Below are positions 24,011 to 37,158 of a DNA stretch of 64,000 bases, piece after piece. Position numbers and translations under genes: made by a program. How positions within the stretch are numbered: position 1 is the stretch's first letter; each line of letters begins with the position of its first letter. The DNA is from Chiloscyllium plagiosum. Lineage: Eukaryota. The DNA is taken from the NCBI RefSeq assembly GCF_004010195.1, contig NC_057718.1, forward strand, positions 36,068,501 to 36,132,500, given 5' to 3'. The notes under the pieces are model-generated. The model did no database searches. It saw only the letters and a list, made by a program, of their open reading frames with translations, and was not told the DNA's origin.

Positions 24011-27000
24011 ATTCCATGGCACAACACTTGGAAATAGAACTGGAGCAAATATGTACAGTGAGTAATACCTTTAGCCAAAGAAGTTTATAGGCATCGTTGT
24101 TTGAAAGGTAAGAGGAGGCACATAATTTCAATGCAACCTCTATTTGGCTTGCCTAAAACTAATTTCAATGCTCTGTTTGTTTCTTATAACAGTGTAACTT
24201 TCTGTGCTTTAAATGGTTCTCCTGTTAGCCATTTAAATACAAAAGTTCCTGCTTCAGCTATTCCTTTAAGCTGTATTTCAATACAGCTTTGAATAAAGAA
24301 TGTTGACTTCAGGTGTTGGGTTTCATCACAAGGGGTGTTGAATATAAAATTAAGCACATACCGAAATTATAGTGGTAGAAGGGGAGTACGTCCCAGAAAA
24401 ATGACCCCCTCAGAGCAATGCCTTTAATTTTGTATGCCCCACCTTAGAAAAGATATTTTCTGATAGTATGACAAAAAAATAATTGGGTTAGATGCCATGG
24501 AGGCAAAAAAGATTAACAAGCGATGTGATAGAGATTAATGAAAGAAACTGAAAATAGAAAAATCTTGAACAAAGGAATCAATAATAATTAAATAAGAACT
24601 AAATCAATGAACCCAGTACAATCCAGCTGTTTGCCCAAATTGCCTACCGTTGTAAATTCCAGTGAGTAATTTTAAAGGGAATTAAATGCTTGGGAAACAC
24701 AGTGTTCAGAGATATGAGGGGTACTTCCATGATCCAGCACCTTCAGTACAGGTCAATGTTTATGAAATGTGATTGACGAAAAATGCGGGCATGCTGTCTG
24801 ACATTTTCCATCCATTAAATTAAATAGTACAAAATTGCGGTTTATATGCCTGTAATTACCCAGAATGTTCTGTCCTTGAACACTATTTCCTACTGGCAAA
24901 CCTACCCCTATAAACAAACAATAGGGAGTGGAAGATAAAATGATAGAGATGATTATAGTGAGCAAGCTAGATGAACAACTGGCCTACTATGGTCATTTTT
25001 GGATTTTTACTCATCGGTTTATATTCAGCAAACACTAGATTAAATTTGCCAAATTAGGTAAATTTAATCAAGAAGACAAATCAATCCTTGACCTGGTTCC
25101 TGTTTTGGTAGTGTTTTTTTTAGTGCTGGATCTCTGAAAGAGAAGTTCTTCAAATTATTTTTCTACCAAACTAATATTAAGCAGTATTAGTTGCCACAGT
25201 TTTATCATGTTTCTTGGCTTTATCTATGACTGGAATAAATCTGAGGGTTTTTACCTTGAAAAATAGCAAATGCAATCTTCTGTTTATTTTTGCTGTTGAA
25301 GTTATGTTTATGTTAAATTTCTTTGGTGCCTCGGCTTTTTATTGCCTATATGCTGAAGGAGAATTTTCTTTCGTTACCGATAGTTAAAAGTGTGTTTGTT
25401 AACTTACCCACCTGGGAAAAAAATACAAAGTCCGCAGCCCATTTCCAGAAAGGCCTGATGAACTTGGATGCAATTATTTCGGAACGTAGAATAAATTCTT
25501 TCTCATCCACCGTCACCTTAAAAAAATTGAGGGACTGGCAGCCCTTATTATCCTGAGAAGGACCACTATAGCCCCCAATGATTATGATATGAAACTCAAA
25601 GTAGAGGCAATTGGTGGCTCATCAGCCATTTATCAGTAGCAGAGTCACTTGTGTTGACTGCCAGCTCCATGGAAGCAACTTTACTCTGCAGCTCTGGCTG
25701 GAGAGGCAAATGGAACCAGAGTCTTCATCATTCAAAGAGGGCCCTCTGAGCCATCCAGAGGTCCTTTCCTTTGATTGTGGGGGCCTTGCCTACTTGGCTG
25801 CTTTCAATGTTTCCTACTTTTCCTCTGCGAGGATACCTTCTATTTGAGATATCCTCTTCATCTCTGACCTATGTTAACATTACCCAACCTCTGCCAATGG
25901 GGCATCAGAGCTGCCAAGCCTCAGTTTGGTGCCACAGCATTGCGAGTCAGTAAACTGGCATTTATCAAGTGGAGATCACGGAGGCAGACAGGTATGAGGC
26001 TGCTTCTGGGAACATTCTTGCACCGGTCCTTCTTGTAAAAAGTGTACTTTTAAGACTCCCCCGCCCCCCCCCCCCCCGTCAAATCCTGATGTGGATATCC
26101 CGAGGCCTGTGGTAAAATCCAGCTTGTTTACTCCAATTTTCTCCACACAGTTGCACCCTGTCCTGCTGTGCACTTTCAGCATTTTTGTTGTTATCTCATT
26201 AAACTACTGTTGCTTTGAAATCACTTATGGGTAAACCAAAAATAACTTAATGTGCTGAACCACTGCTCAACAAGATTCAAAACTATGGGTATGAATGAAA
26301 CATGGACATAGTCTAATGGAAAGAATTATCCACTTTGACACTCTCAGCGTTTAAGATTAAAGGGCCTTAATGTAATGGCCTGAAAAAAATATCTGTGCCA
26401 CCATTCAAATAAATGCAATTATTTTGCCGATTTCCTTTTAGTAACTGGCGCTCCATGTCAGCAGATATCTCTGTATGTGACTTCAATGTTTTGTTTAATT
26501 CACATCATGAAATAAGCTGTTACATAAAATGTTACTTTGTTTGAATTTTTAAGTGTTTCAATAGTCTTCCCATAGAATTGTGCCTATTTTTATTTATAAG
26601 AAAATGCTGATAGCATTTCAATTGTCTTCAGGTAATTTATGCAAATGATTTGAATAATGAATAGATCTGTAATAATAATCTCTTTAAGACAAGGCAAAAC
26701 TGTCATGAGTTATATTTGAGCTACATAGAATCAAGATGGCCTTTTAAAATAATCCAGTGTACGTCAGAAATCTTTGTACTTAATTAAAGATCAGCTAGAT
26801 TTGCAAACAAAAGAAAAATATATTTTCTGTGATAAGCACATTAACTACCAACATTAATCAGTTAAATTTGCTGCCAGACGAATTATCTACTAATGGCAAT
26901 AAGCCCAATATTTAATTGTTTAAACATTTTGAAGAAAATTGCTAGTAGAGTGATAATTTTCATTTTCATCATGACTAATTTACAAAATAATGCAGTTATT

Positions 27001-27348
27001 TATCCTTGGATTTTTCATTACTAAATTTCAGATGATGGAGTGTTTTCCAGTAACTTTTTACTCTCATAAATCTGAGTTCCTGTGGGTGTTCTTCTCCATT
27101 GAGGATAAAAGGAGGATTGTAAAGTTCCTTTGTACTAGAGCTGGATTGACCTTATCTGTCCTTCCCTCCATGTCCTTGCATGCAGACTGAGGCATGCATC
27201 TAAAAATATCTGAATATAATTGTATTCCTGGCTTCTGCCACGTCAGGGAGGCAGAGATGGAATTGTGCTATCTGATTAGAAAATGGTCTGCAGATACCAC
27301 TCGTTCGGGATAGTACGGTCAGTGTCAGCAAAGGTCAACAAATCCTTA

Positions 27349-27522
27349 CAGAGGAACCTTGATTATCTGGAATCCGATTATCTGAATATCAGATTATCCA
27401 GTAAGATCGCAAGGTCCCGATGCTCAGCTAAACTATGCTATCTGGCATTCGATTATGCGGAATTCGATTTACCGTACAAAATACTGCCCGCCCATGTGCT
27501 ACGGATAATCGAGAGTCCTCTA
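27349..27522. mobile_element. Tc1/mariner (Tigger/pogo-like) MITE
   Basis: TIRs cagaggaaccttgattatctg / cggataatcgagagtcctcta, TA on both sides (27347-48, 27523-24), internal gattatc repeats. Confidence 0.8.
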
Positions 27523-27702
27523 TATATGTTTACACCTCAGACTCATTCCAAGCCAAATCAGGGCCTTCAGCACCATTAGCAAAGCAGGTCACTGAAGCAG
27601 AGTCTTTAAGGGCAAACATCTTCACTATGTCACCCATGGAAGTTGGGTGAGGAAGTATTTCAATTCATCCTGCATCATAAGATTTTTAAATATTCAGCAG
27701 CT

Positions 27703-30345
27703 TAGAATGTAGAACATTACAGCGCAATACAGGCCTTTTGGCCCTCGATGTTGCAGCAACCTGTCGAACCAATCTGAAGCCCATCTGCACTACACTATTC
27801 CATTTTCAATCAAATGTTTATCCAATGATCATTTAAATGCCCTTGAAGTTGGCGAGTCTACTACTGTTGCAGGCAATGCGTTCCATGCCCCTACTACTCT
27901 CTGAGTAAAGAAACTGCCTCTGACATTCTGTCTATAACTCTCACCCTCAATTTAAAGCTATGTCTCCTCATGCTAGCCATCACCATCCGAGGAAAAATCT
28001 CTTACTGTCCACCCTATCTAATCCTCTGATTATCTTACATGTCCCAATACCTCTCAATCTTCTTCTCTCAATGAAAACAGCCTCAAGTTCCTCAGCCTTT
28101 CCTCATAAGACCTTCCCTCCATACCAGGCAATATATTATTAAATCTCCTCTGAATGCTTTCCAAAGCTTCCACATCCTTCCTATAATGCGGTGACCAGAA
28201 CTGTACCCAATACTCCAAGTGCGGCTGAATCAGAGTTTTGTATAGCTGCAGCACGACCTCATGGCTCTAAAACTCAATCCCTCTACCAATAAAAGCTAAC
28301 ACACCGTATGCCTTCTTAATAATCCTATCAAGCTGGATGGCAACTTTCAGGAATCAAAGAACGTGGACACCGAGATCCCTCTGCTTATCTATACTACCAA
28401 GAATCTTACCATAGCCCAGTACTTTGCATTCCTGTTGCTCCTTCCAAAGTGAGTCACCTCACACTTTTCCATATTAAACTCCATTTGCCACCTCTCAGCC
28501 CAGTTCTGCAGCTTATCTATGTCCCTCTATAACCTGCAACATCCTTCAGCTGTATCCACAATTCCACTGACCTTAATGTCATTTCCAAATTTTACTAATC
28601 CATCCTTCTACGCCCTCATCTAAGGTCATTTATAAACAGCAGTGGCCCCAAAACAGATCTTTGCAGTCCACCACTAGTAACTGAACTCCAGGATTAATAT
28701 TTCCCATCAACCACCACCTTCTGTCTTCTTTCAGCTAGCCAATTTCTGATCCAAACTGCTATATCACCCTCAATACCATGCCTCCATATTTTGTGCAATA
28801 GCCTACCATGGGGAATCTTATCAAATGCCTTACTGAAATCCATATATACCACATCAACCATTTTATCCTCAACCACCTGTTTGGTCATCATCTCAAAAAA
28901 CTCAATAAGGTTTGTAAGGCACAACCTACCCTTCACAAAACTGTGTTGACTATCCCTAATAAACTTATTCCTCTCTAGATGGTTATAAATCCTATTTCTT
29001 ATAACCTTTTCCAACACTTCACCCACAACCAAAGTAAGACTCACTGGTCTACCAGTGTTGTCGCTACTCCCCTTCTTGAACAAGGGGACATTTGTTATCC
29101 TCCAGTCTTCTGGCACTATTCCTGCAGACAATGATGACATAAAGATTAAAGCCAAAGGCTCTATAATCTCCTCCCTGGTTTCCCAGAGAATCTGAGGATA
29201 AACCACATCTGGCCCAGAGGATCTATCTATTTTCACACTTTCCAGAATTGCTGACACCTCCTCCCTGTGAACCTCAATCCTATCTAGCCTAGTAGCCTGT
29301 ATCTCAGTATTCTCCTCAACAACATTGTCTTTTTCCAGTGTGAATACTGAGGAAAAATATTCATTTAGCACTTCCTCTATTTCCTCGTAATCCAAGGACA
29401 ACTGCCCACTACTATCCTTGAGTGGTCCTAATCTTTATTCATTTTTTTATTCCTGATATACCAATAGAAAGCCTTTGAGTTTTCCTCGATCCTATCCGCC
29501 AATGACTTCTCATGTCCCCTCCTGGCTCTTCTTAGTTCTCTCTTTAGGTCTTCACAGGCTAGCTTGTAACTTTCAGGTACCCTAACTGAGCCATCACATC
29601 TAATCCTAACATAAACCTTTGTCTTCCTCTTGACAAGAGATTCAACTTCTTTAGTAAACTATGGCTCCCACACTCGACAACTTCCTCCCTGCCTGACAGG
29701 TACATACTTATCAACAACATGCAGTAGCTGTTCCTTGAATAAACTCCACATTTCAGTTGTGTCCATCCCTTGCAGTTTCCTTCCCCTTCCTGTGCATCCT
29801 AAATCATGCATAATCGCATCATAATTGCCTTTGCCCCAACAATAAATCTTGTCCTGCATTATACATCTATCCCTTTCCATCACAGATGTAAACATAACCA
29901 AATTGTGGTCACTATCACCAAAGTGCTCACCTATCTCCAAATCTAACACCTGGCCAGGTTCATTACCCAGTACCAAATATAATGTGGCCTCACCCCTTGT
30001 TGGCTTGTCTACATACTGTGTCAGGAAACCCTTCTGCACACATTGGACAAAAACTGTCCCATCTAAAGAACACGGAACTATGGTATTTCCTGTTTAGAAA
30101 GTTAAATACCCCATAACAACTACTCTGTTACTCTTGCTCCTATCCAGAATTATCTTTGCTATCCTTTCCTCTACATCTCTGAAACTATTTGGAGGCCTAT
30201 AGAAAACTCCTAACAGGGTGACCTCTCCTTTCCTGTTTCTAACCTCAGCCCATACTACCTCAGTAGATGAGTCCTCAAATGTCCTTTCTGCTACGTAATA
30301 CTGTCCTTGACTAGCGATGCCACACCTCCCCCACTTTTACCATTT
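27703..30345 (-). mobile_element. CR1 LINE, 5'-truncated, degenerate ORF2 (APE end plus RT)
   Basis: ORF 29659-30039 (FLTQYVDKPTRGEA..LVLGNEPGQV...GDSDH), ORF 28694-29401 (RDSQHSFVKGR.CLTNLIEFF...DVVYMDFSKAFDK), ORF 28054-28254. Confidence 0.95.
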
Positions 30346-30489
30346 ATTTCAAGGCTTTCCATGTTATGAATATATAGATATTTAATGACCACCATCCCAG
30401 GATAGGCTGTTTCTCAGACGACCTCCCAGGCACAATTCCTTCATGTGTCTCACATTTTATCTTTGTAACCAGCATTAACCTTATCAATC

Positions 30490-30778
30490 TTCATGATCTC
30501 TGATGTCCTTCAATTCTGGTCTCTCACTCAACACTTTACTCATTGCTGTATCACCATGGAATCAGTTTATTAGATTATAATTTCTTGCATCCCATCCTAG
30601 AATTGTTCTTTCCTCCTTTAAAGCAAAAAAATACTTCTTTGACCAAGTTTTCTTTACTCACCTGTTCTGATAACACCAAAGATGATTTGGTGCCAAACTT
30701 CTGTTTGAAATACACCGTTGTGAAGACAAAGGACATCTTACTATATTAATAGTGCTATGTAAATGCTACTTGTTATTG
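30490..30778 (+). mobile_element. L2-like LINE 3' remnant
   Basis: cttctttgaccaagtttt...gtgctatgtaaatgctacttgttattg L2-type tail. Confidence 0.55.
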
Positions 30779-31146
30779 GTCAGTCAGGCCTTTGTCCCAA
30801 GACTATTTGAATGATTACACAGACTGGAATGATAACTTCGAGGGCTCAAGGGCCTAAGGACTATTCATGACACCTATTCATGGATGAAGAATTGGATAAA
30901 TTTCCTCATCACTGCCTTTTGGCAGATATATTTCTCAGGGGAACGGTGACTGGTAAACAAATAGTTACATCCATAATGATAAGGATCAACTGGTGGCCCC
31001 CTTTTATTTTGAGTGGGGGTCCCATACTGTCCACCAAGCTGACAGATTTCCTAAATATTGGCATGAGATTTAGAGGTGCAGGTCTTATTGCAGATCACAG
31101 CTTTCCCACAGTCTGGCAGATTCTTCAAGACCTTACTACATTCTTG

Positions 31147-31369
31147 GAGAAAGTGAGGACTGCAGATGCTGGAGAGTCAGAATCGAAACAGGTGGTACTG
31201 GAAAAGCACAACAGGTCAGGCAGCATCTGAGGAGCAGGAGAGTTGACATTTCGGGCATAACACCTTCATCAGGAATCTTATCAGGCTGTTTATGCCCAAA
31301 ACATTGACTCTTCTGCTCTTCAGATGCTGCCTGACCTGCTGTGCTTTTCCAGCACCGCTGTTTTTGAGA
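31147..31369. mobile_element. Palindromic PLE-terminus insertion, family A, 15-bp TSD
   Basis: gagaaagtgaggactgcagatgctgg...cttcatcaggaat followed by an inverted partial copy; cttactacattcttg at 31132-31146 and 31370-31384. Confidence 0.85.
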
Positions 31370-31875
31370 CTTACTACATTCTTGTGGAGCCATGCCCTGC
31401 AGAATTGCTGGCTGATGTGGGCTTGCACTTTGTGCATACTCACATGCCCACTAGTTGGAATCTTGTGGAGTAGCTTCAATATTTCCCTACAGTACCTTAA
31501 CAACACTGCTAGATTTTCATTTGCAGATCTGTGAAGGAGTCTTTAGTTGCTCATCAGCACTTCATTTTTAATGCATAATGTCCAGGGACGTCTTCTGTTC
31601 AGTCTCAGCTTGTGTTATTAATAGAGAGTCAGCTTGTTGGGGTGTTACATACTTCTCAAAAGTGGTTTCAGGAGGATCATCAGTTTGCAGAAGCCACCTC
31701 AGCTTCCACTAGCTGATCCTGTCAGACCACGTACCGTGTGAGCACATAGTTAGGGAATTTGGCGGGCACTTTTTCCTGCAGCTATTCTATCTCCCTGACC
31801 TCAGCATGCTTCCTGGAGATCATTGGGGCTGCTATTAACTCTGAGCCTGAGGAGCTAGCTGAACCCATTCACAGA

Positions 31876-32002
31876 TTCCTGAAGAAGGGCTTATGCTCAA
31901 AACGTCGATTCTCCTGTTCCCTGGATGCTGCCTAACCTGCTGCGCTTTTCCAGCAACACATTTTCAGCTCTGATCTCCAGCATCTGCAGACCTCACTTTC
32001 TC
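31876..32002 (+). mobile_element. Solo PLE terminus, family A, ~12-bp TSD
   Basis: ttcCTGAAGAagggcttatgctcAAAAcgtc...ctcactttctcc; cccattcacaga at 31864-31875 and 32003-32014. Confidence 0.85.
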
Positions 32003-32023
32003 CCCATTCACAGACAGAATGAG

Positions 32024-32625
32024 GAGAAAGTGAGGACTGCAGATGCTGGAGACCAGAGTTGAAAAGTGTGATGCTGGAAAAGCGCGGCAGGCCAGGCAGC
32101 ATCTGAGGAGCAGGAGAATCGACATTTTGGACATACGCCCTTCTGCAGGAATGAGGCTGGTGTGCCAAGCGGGCTGAGATAAAANNNNNNNNNNNNNNNN
32201 NNNNNNNNNNNNNNNNNNNNNNNNNNNNNNNNNNNNNNNNNNNNNNNNNNNNNNNNNNNNNNNNNNNNNNNNNNNNNNNNNNNNNNNNNNNNNNNNNNNN
32301 NNNNNNNNNNNNNNNNNNNNNNNNNNNNNNNNNNNNNNNNNNNNNNNNNNNNNNNNNNNNNNNNNNNNACCACATCGGGTGCAGCGGATACAGTAAATGA
32401 TGTGTGTGGAGGTGCAGGTGAATTTGCGATGGATATGGAAGGATCCATTGGGGCCTTGGAAGGAGGTGAGGGGGGAGGTATGGGCGCACGTTTTGCACTT
32501 CTTGCGGTTGCAGGAGAAGGTGCCGGGAGTGGAGGTTGGGTTGGTGGGAGGTGTGGACCTGACGAGGGAGTCGTGGAGGGAGTGGTCTTTCCGGAATGCT
32601 GATAGGGGTGGGGAGGGAAGGGAAG
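32024..32625 (-). mobile_element. Penelope-like element (Neptune-type) 3' part: Cys-rich linker, start of GIY-YIG, family A terminus; spans an assembly gap
   Basis: ORF FRKDHSLHDSLVRS..PGTFSCNRKKCKTC...FTCTSTHIIYCIRCTRCG; terminus 32024-32150 is the family A sequence; gaatgag on both flanks; N gap 32184-32368. Confidence 0.85.
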
Positions 32626-33432
32626 GAATGAGAGTGACTCCTACAAGAACTGGTGCCAACACAAAGTCACAGATGTACTCGGTAAAGGGGAATGGTCACA
32701 TACTCTCCTTCATGCACTTTTCCTAGTCCCTTGCTAAACTCTCTGAGCCCCAGTATGTTGAATTGGATTAAAATAGCTAAAACAGCTGGGATGGCAGCTA
32801 TTGTCTGCTGGTGAGGGCAAAAAGACCAACAATGCTCAAAAAAAACACAGCTTGCATGACAATAATCAGTCTTTATTGACAATAGTACTGCATGCAGTTT
32901 GGCTAAAACTTGTAAGAGAGAGAGATACTAATTGTTCCCAATTCCTCTTCTCAAGTTTTTCATGCTTCCAGAGAGAAAGGAAGGATTTGTAATACTTAAA
33001 ACATATCAGTAGCTGTCAGAAATTGTCACTAAATGTTCATCATTCGCTAGGCCTGTACATTGAATTTTGATCTGTGTTATCCTATTAACTTTCCGAAACA
33101 TTGTGTTACATACGTCATTCCATAACATTGTTTTGCATATGAATGTCTTTGTTTTGACTGTAGTTAGTTTTTCAAAACATGTACGGAGCCATTTTAATCA
33201 AATTCTGATGAGGGCTGCCAACATTAGAGAATTTATGTAAATTCAGCCTGTGCCATGTCTGCTGGTTAGCAATGTCCCCAACCTTTGCCACAGTCGTTAA
33301 TTATATTATGTTATAACCCAGAGTTGGCCAATTTTCCCATCAGGCATCTTAATAGTTTCACACAGTTCCACAAATAAATCCCACTGGTTTTTCCGGTTGC
33401 TTTCTGTCATTGGCCCGGACATTCTGTAACTC

Positions 33433-34582
33433 TGTGGAGGAGGCCCAGGACCTGCATGTCCTTGGTGGAGTGGGAGGGGAAGTTGAAGTGTTCAGCCACT
33501 GGATGGTGGGGTTGGGGGGGGCGGGTGGTGGCAGGTAGCTGGAAAAGCGATAGGTGGTTGAAGGTGAGGGAGAAGGTGATAGGTCAGAGGGGCAGTGATG
33601 GACGGGTCCGGACGGTGGTGCTGAGTTGGAGTCTTGGGACTGGGATAATGTGGGGAGAAGGGAAATGAGGAAGCTGTTGAAATCCACATTTGCAGAGTCC
33701 CAAGGCGGAATATAAGGTGTTCCTTCTCCAGGCATCAGGTGGTAACTGTTTGGCGGTGGAGGAGGCCCAGGACCTGCATGTCCTTGACAGAGTGGGAGGG
33801 GGATTTGAAGTATTCCGCCACGGGGCGGTGGGGTTGATGGGTGTGGGTGCGTCCCAGAGATGTACTCTGAAACAATCCACAAGAAGGCGTCTTGTCTGCT
33901 CACTGTAGAGGAGACCACACCGGGTGCAATGGATACAGTAGATGACATTTGTAGAAGTACAGGTGCATTTCTGACAGATGTGGAAGGATGCCTTGGGGCC
34001 TTGGTTGGAGGTGAGGGGAGTGGTATGGGTGTAGGTTTTGCACTTCCTGTGGTGACTGGGAAAGGTGCCAGGAGTGGGATGTGGGTTGGATTGATTCAGA
34101 ATCCCTCAAGGATATGCAGGTCCTGGGCCTCCTCCACTGCCAAACTGTTACCACCCGACGCCTGGAGGAGGAGCACCTCATATTCTGCCTTGGGACCCTG
34201 CAACCACACGGGATAAATGTGGATTTCAACAGCTTCCTCATTTTCCCTCCCTCCACATTATCCCAGTCCCAAGCCTCCAACTTGGCACCACATCCCATCC
34301 ATCACTGCCCCCTCTGACTTATCACCTTCTCCCTCAACTTTATCCACCTATCCTTTTCCCAGCTACCTCCCTCCAACCCCACCTCCCTCCCATTTATCTC
34401 TCAGCCCCGACCCAAAAGCCTCATTCCTGATGAAGCGCTTATGCCCAAAACCTCAATTCTCCAGCTCCTCAGATACGGTCTTACCTGCTGTGCTTTTTCA
34501 GCACCACACTCTCGATCCTCTCCAGCATCTGCAGTCCTCACTTTCTCCAGTGCTTTTCCAGCACCACACTCTCCACTCTGAC
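33433..34582. mobile_element. Rearranged Neptune-type PLE: minus-strand GIY-YIG end joined to an inverted plus-strand copy ending in a family A terminus
   Basis: QVLGLLHCQTVTTRRLEEEHLIFCLGTLQPHGINVDFNSF on plus (34081-34317) with its reverse complement at ~33670-33790; decayed HHR CTGATGA at 34427; ~75 bp at 33433 duplicates 33757. Confidence 0.85.
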
Positions 34583-35507
34583 ACAGTGTTATACCTGGAT
34601 CTGGTCACTCTCTGTTCCTCTAGGAGCATTCTTTCTGGGAAAGAAGTTATTCGAATTCTGAGAAACAATTATTTCAGTTTTAGAGTTCTACAGAGGATAC
34701 CCCAAATTGTCAAGCCATGGGTTGAGAAGGGGTAACTTGGCTCTCCATCTTTACTCACCCACTCCTTGACTCGTTGGAACACAGTTCCTTTAAAAAGGAT
34801 TACTACCCTCTCCCAAACCAAATGAATTACGTTTTAAAAATAACAAAGTTCGCCAGGCATTCTTGAGTTAGCAAAACAGTGAGTTTATTATTTACTAAGT
34901 GTGAGATGAAATAATAATGTTGCACACATATACACAGATTAGAAATGAGAACTTAGTCCAAAGAAATATAAAAGATTAAAGATATATGGATCAGTCTCTA
35001 TAGATCATTTGTGAAGAATAGCTCATGAGTTTGGGATTCTTGGCTTTGCAGATTAACTGAAGTTCTTTTGTCCTGTTTCATTTTGACTGGCTTGTTGGCT
35101 CACTGGCTTCTAGCTCACAGAACAACACAATCCTTTATCTGCAATTGTAGCGTTGACTGATGTGTGGTTCTTCAACTGTGATATTCACATTGGACCAACT
35201 CAAAGTCAGGCTAGTGCACATGAGTACATTAAATCACTAGCTTACCTTCTTGACTAGCACAGACACACCAGGGTGGACTGATTCTTTATACTTGTTCTTG
35301 TGTATTCTTGACTGGGGAAAACATAAAACATGTCTCTCACTCAGGCTGTCGTCTTTTCTTTCATCATTATGACTCAATGTTCATCATCTGAGATAGCTCC
35401 CAGGTGATTACAGTTCAGTATATAGTGCAGTTTTTCCCTTTCAAGTCCATCCCTTTGAAGCTTCCTTGACACTTTATCAAATATGACATTACAGGATATC
35501 TCTCTCT

Positions 35508-36124
35508 TTGAGTACAGGAGTTGGGAGGTCATGTTGCAGCTGTACAGGACATTGGTCAGGCCACTGTTTTAATATTGCGTGCAATTCTGGTCTCCTTCCT
35601 ATCGGAAAGATGTTGTGAAACTTGAAAGAGTTCAGAAAAGATTTACAAGGATGTTGCCAGGGTTGGAGGATTTGAGCTATAGGGAGAGACTGAACAGGCT
35701 GGGGCTGTTTTCCCTGGAGCGTCGGAGGCTGAGGGGTGACCTCAGGTTTACAAAATTATGAGAGGCATGGATAGGATAAATAGGCAAAGTCTTTTCCCTG
35801 GGGTCAGGGAGTCCAGAACTAGAGGGCATAGGTTTAGGGTGAGAGGGGAAAGATACAAAAGAGACCTAAGGGGTAACTTTTTCACGCAAAGGGTGGTACG
35901 TGTATGGAATGAGCTGCCAGAGGATGTGGTGGAGGCTGGTACAATTGCAACATTTAAGAGGCATTTGGATGGGTATATGAATAGGAAGTGTTTGGAGGGA
36001 TATGGGCCGGGTGATGGCAGGTGGGACTAGATTGGGTTGGGATATCTGGTCGGCATGGACGGGTTGGACTGAAGGGTCTGTTTCCATGCTGTCCATCTCT
36101 ATGACTCTATGATTCTATGACTCT
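35508..36124 (+). mobile_element. CR1/HER1-like LINE 3' fragment
   Basis: ORFs 35579 and 35758 ([27 protein letters not shown]...); (ctatgact)n tail. Confidence 0.95.
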
Positions 36125-36319
36125 CTTTTCTTCTGTTAAGACAGCCACTGAATTTACATCCCAGTTATTTTTGAGCCACATTTAATTTAAAAAAACATGT
36201 TGTTCTTCAAGGGCCAATATCAATGGAAGATCCGGGATTATGATCCATAGTCAGGACTTGCCATTGCAGCACTCAGGAACACCAGCTCAGTAAGTAATAA
36301 GGTGCATGGAGCCACCGCA

Positions 36320-36830
36320 TCATGGGTGGCACAGTGGTTAGCACAGCTGCCTCACAGCGCCAGAGACCCGGGTTCATTTCCAGTCTCAGGCAACTGTCTG
36401 TGTGGAGTTTGCACATTCTCTTCGTGGGTTTCCTCCCACAGTCCAAAAATGTGCAGGTTAGGTAAATCGGCTATGCTTTAATGGGTCTGGGTGGGTTGAT
36501 CTTTGGAGGGTCGGTGTGGAGGGGCGGCACAGTGGCTCAGTGGTTAGCACTGCTGCCTCACAGCACCAGGGTCCCAGATTCAATTCCAGCCTTGGGTGAC
36601 TGTCTGTGTGGAGTTGCACATTGTCTGCGTGGGTTTCCTCCGGGTGCTCCGGTTTCCTCCCACAGTCCAAAGATGTGCGGGTCAGGTGAATTGGCCATGC
36701 TAAATTGCCCATACTGTTAGGTGCATTAGTCAGAGGGAAATGGTTCTAGGTGGGTTACTCTTCGCAGGGTCGGTGTGGACTTGTTGGGCCGAAGGGCCTG
36801 TTTCCACACCGTAAGTAATCTAACCTAATT
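36320..36830 (+). mobile_element. Two HE1-like SINEs in tandem or nested (about 36320-36520 and 36521-36830)
   Basis: Two tRNA heads (ggcacagtggttagcac) and two V-domains with a single (taatc)-type tail. Confidence 0.88.
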
Positions 36831-36874
36831 TAATTATAATGTATGATTTAGTTCTGAAGTTGCAAACTTCCCTA

Positions 36875-37158
36875 ATCATAGAATCCCTACAGTGTGAGAG
36901 CAGACTATTCAGGCCATCACATCCACATTGACCCTTTGAAGACCATCCTGCCTACACCCACTCCCCTACCCTATAACCCTGCATTTTCCAAAGCTAACCC
37001 ACACATCTTGCATTGTGGGAGGAAACTATAGCACCCAGAGGAAATCCACATAGACCAGGAGAGAATGTGCAAACTTCACACAGTTGCCTGAGGGTGGAAT
37101 TGAACCCAGGTCTCTGGCGCTGCAAGGCAGCAATGCTAGCCACTGAGCCACCATGCTG
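36875..37158 (-). mobile_element. Older HE1-like V-SINE
   Basis: Reverse V-domain and head; catagaatccctacagtgtg tail. Confidence 0.85.

Noticed and set aside
25530..26123. Non-autonomous DNA transposon ending taaaatccagc (similar block at 39190-39720)
   Set aside because: The matching opposite TIR could not be identified.
31932..32662. ORFs of 146-232 aa spanning 32184-32368 (also 59331-60036)
   Set aside because: Their length is inflated by N gaps; the real parts are PLE or CR1 fragments.
34700..35500. Solo LTR-like blocks (also ~13260-13580 and ~42840-43200)
   Set aside because: No paired LTR, primer-binding site, polypurine tract or verified TG...CA termini with TSD.
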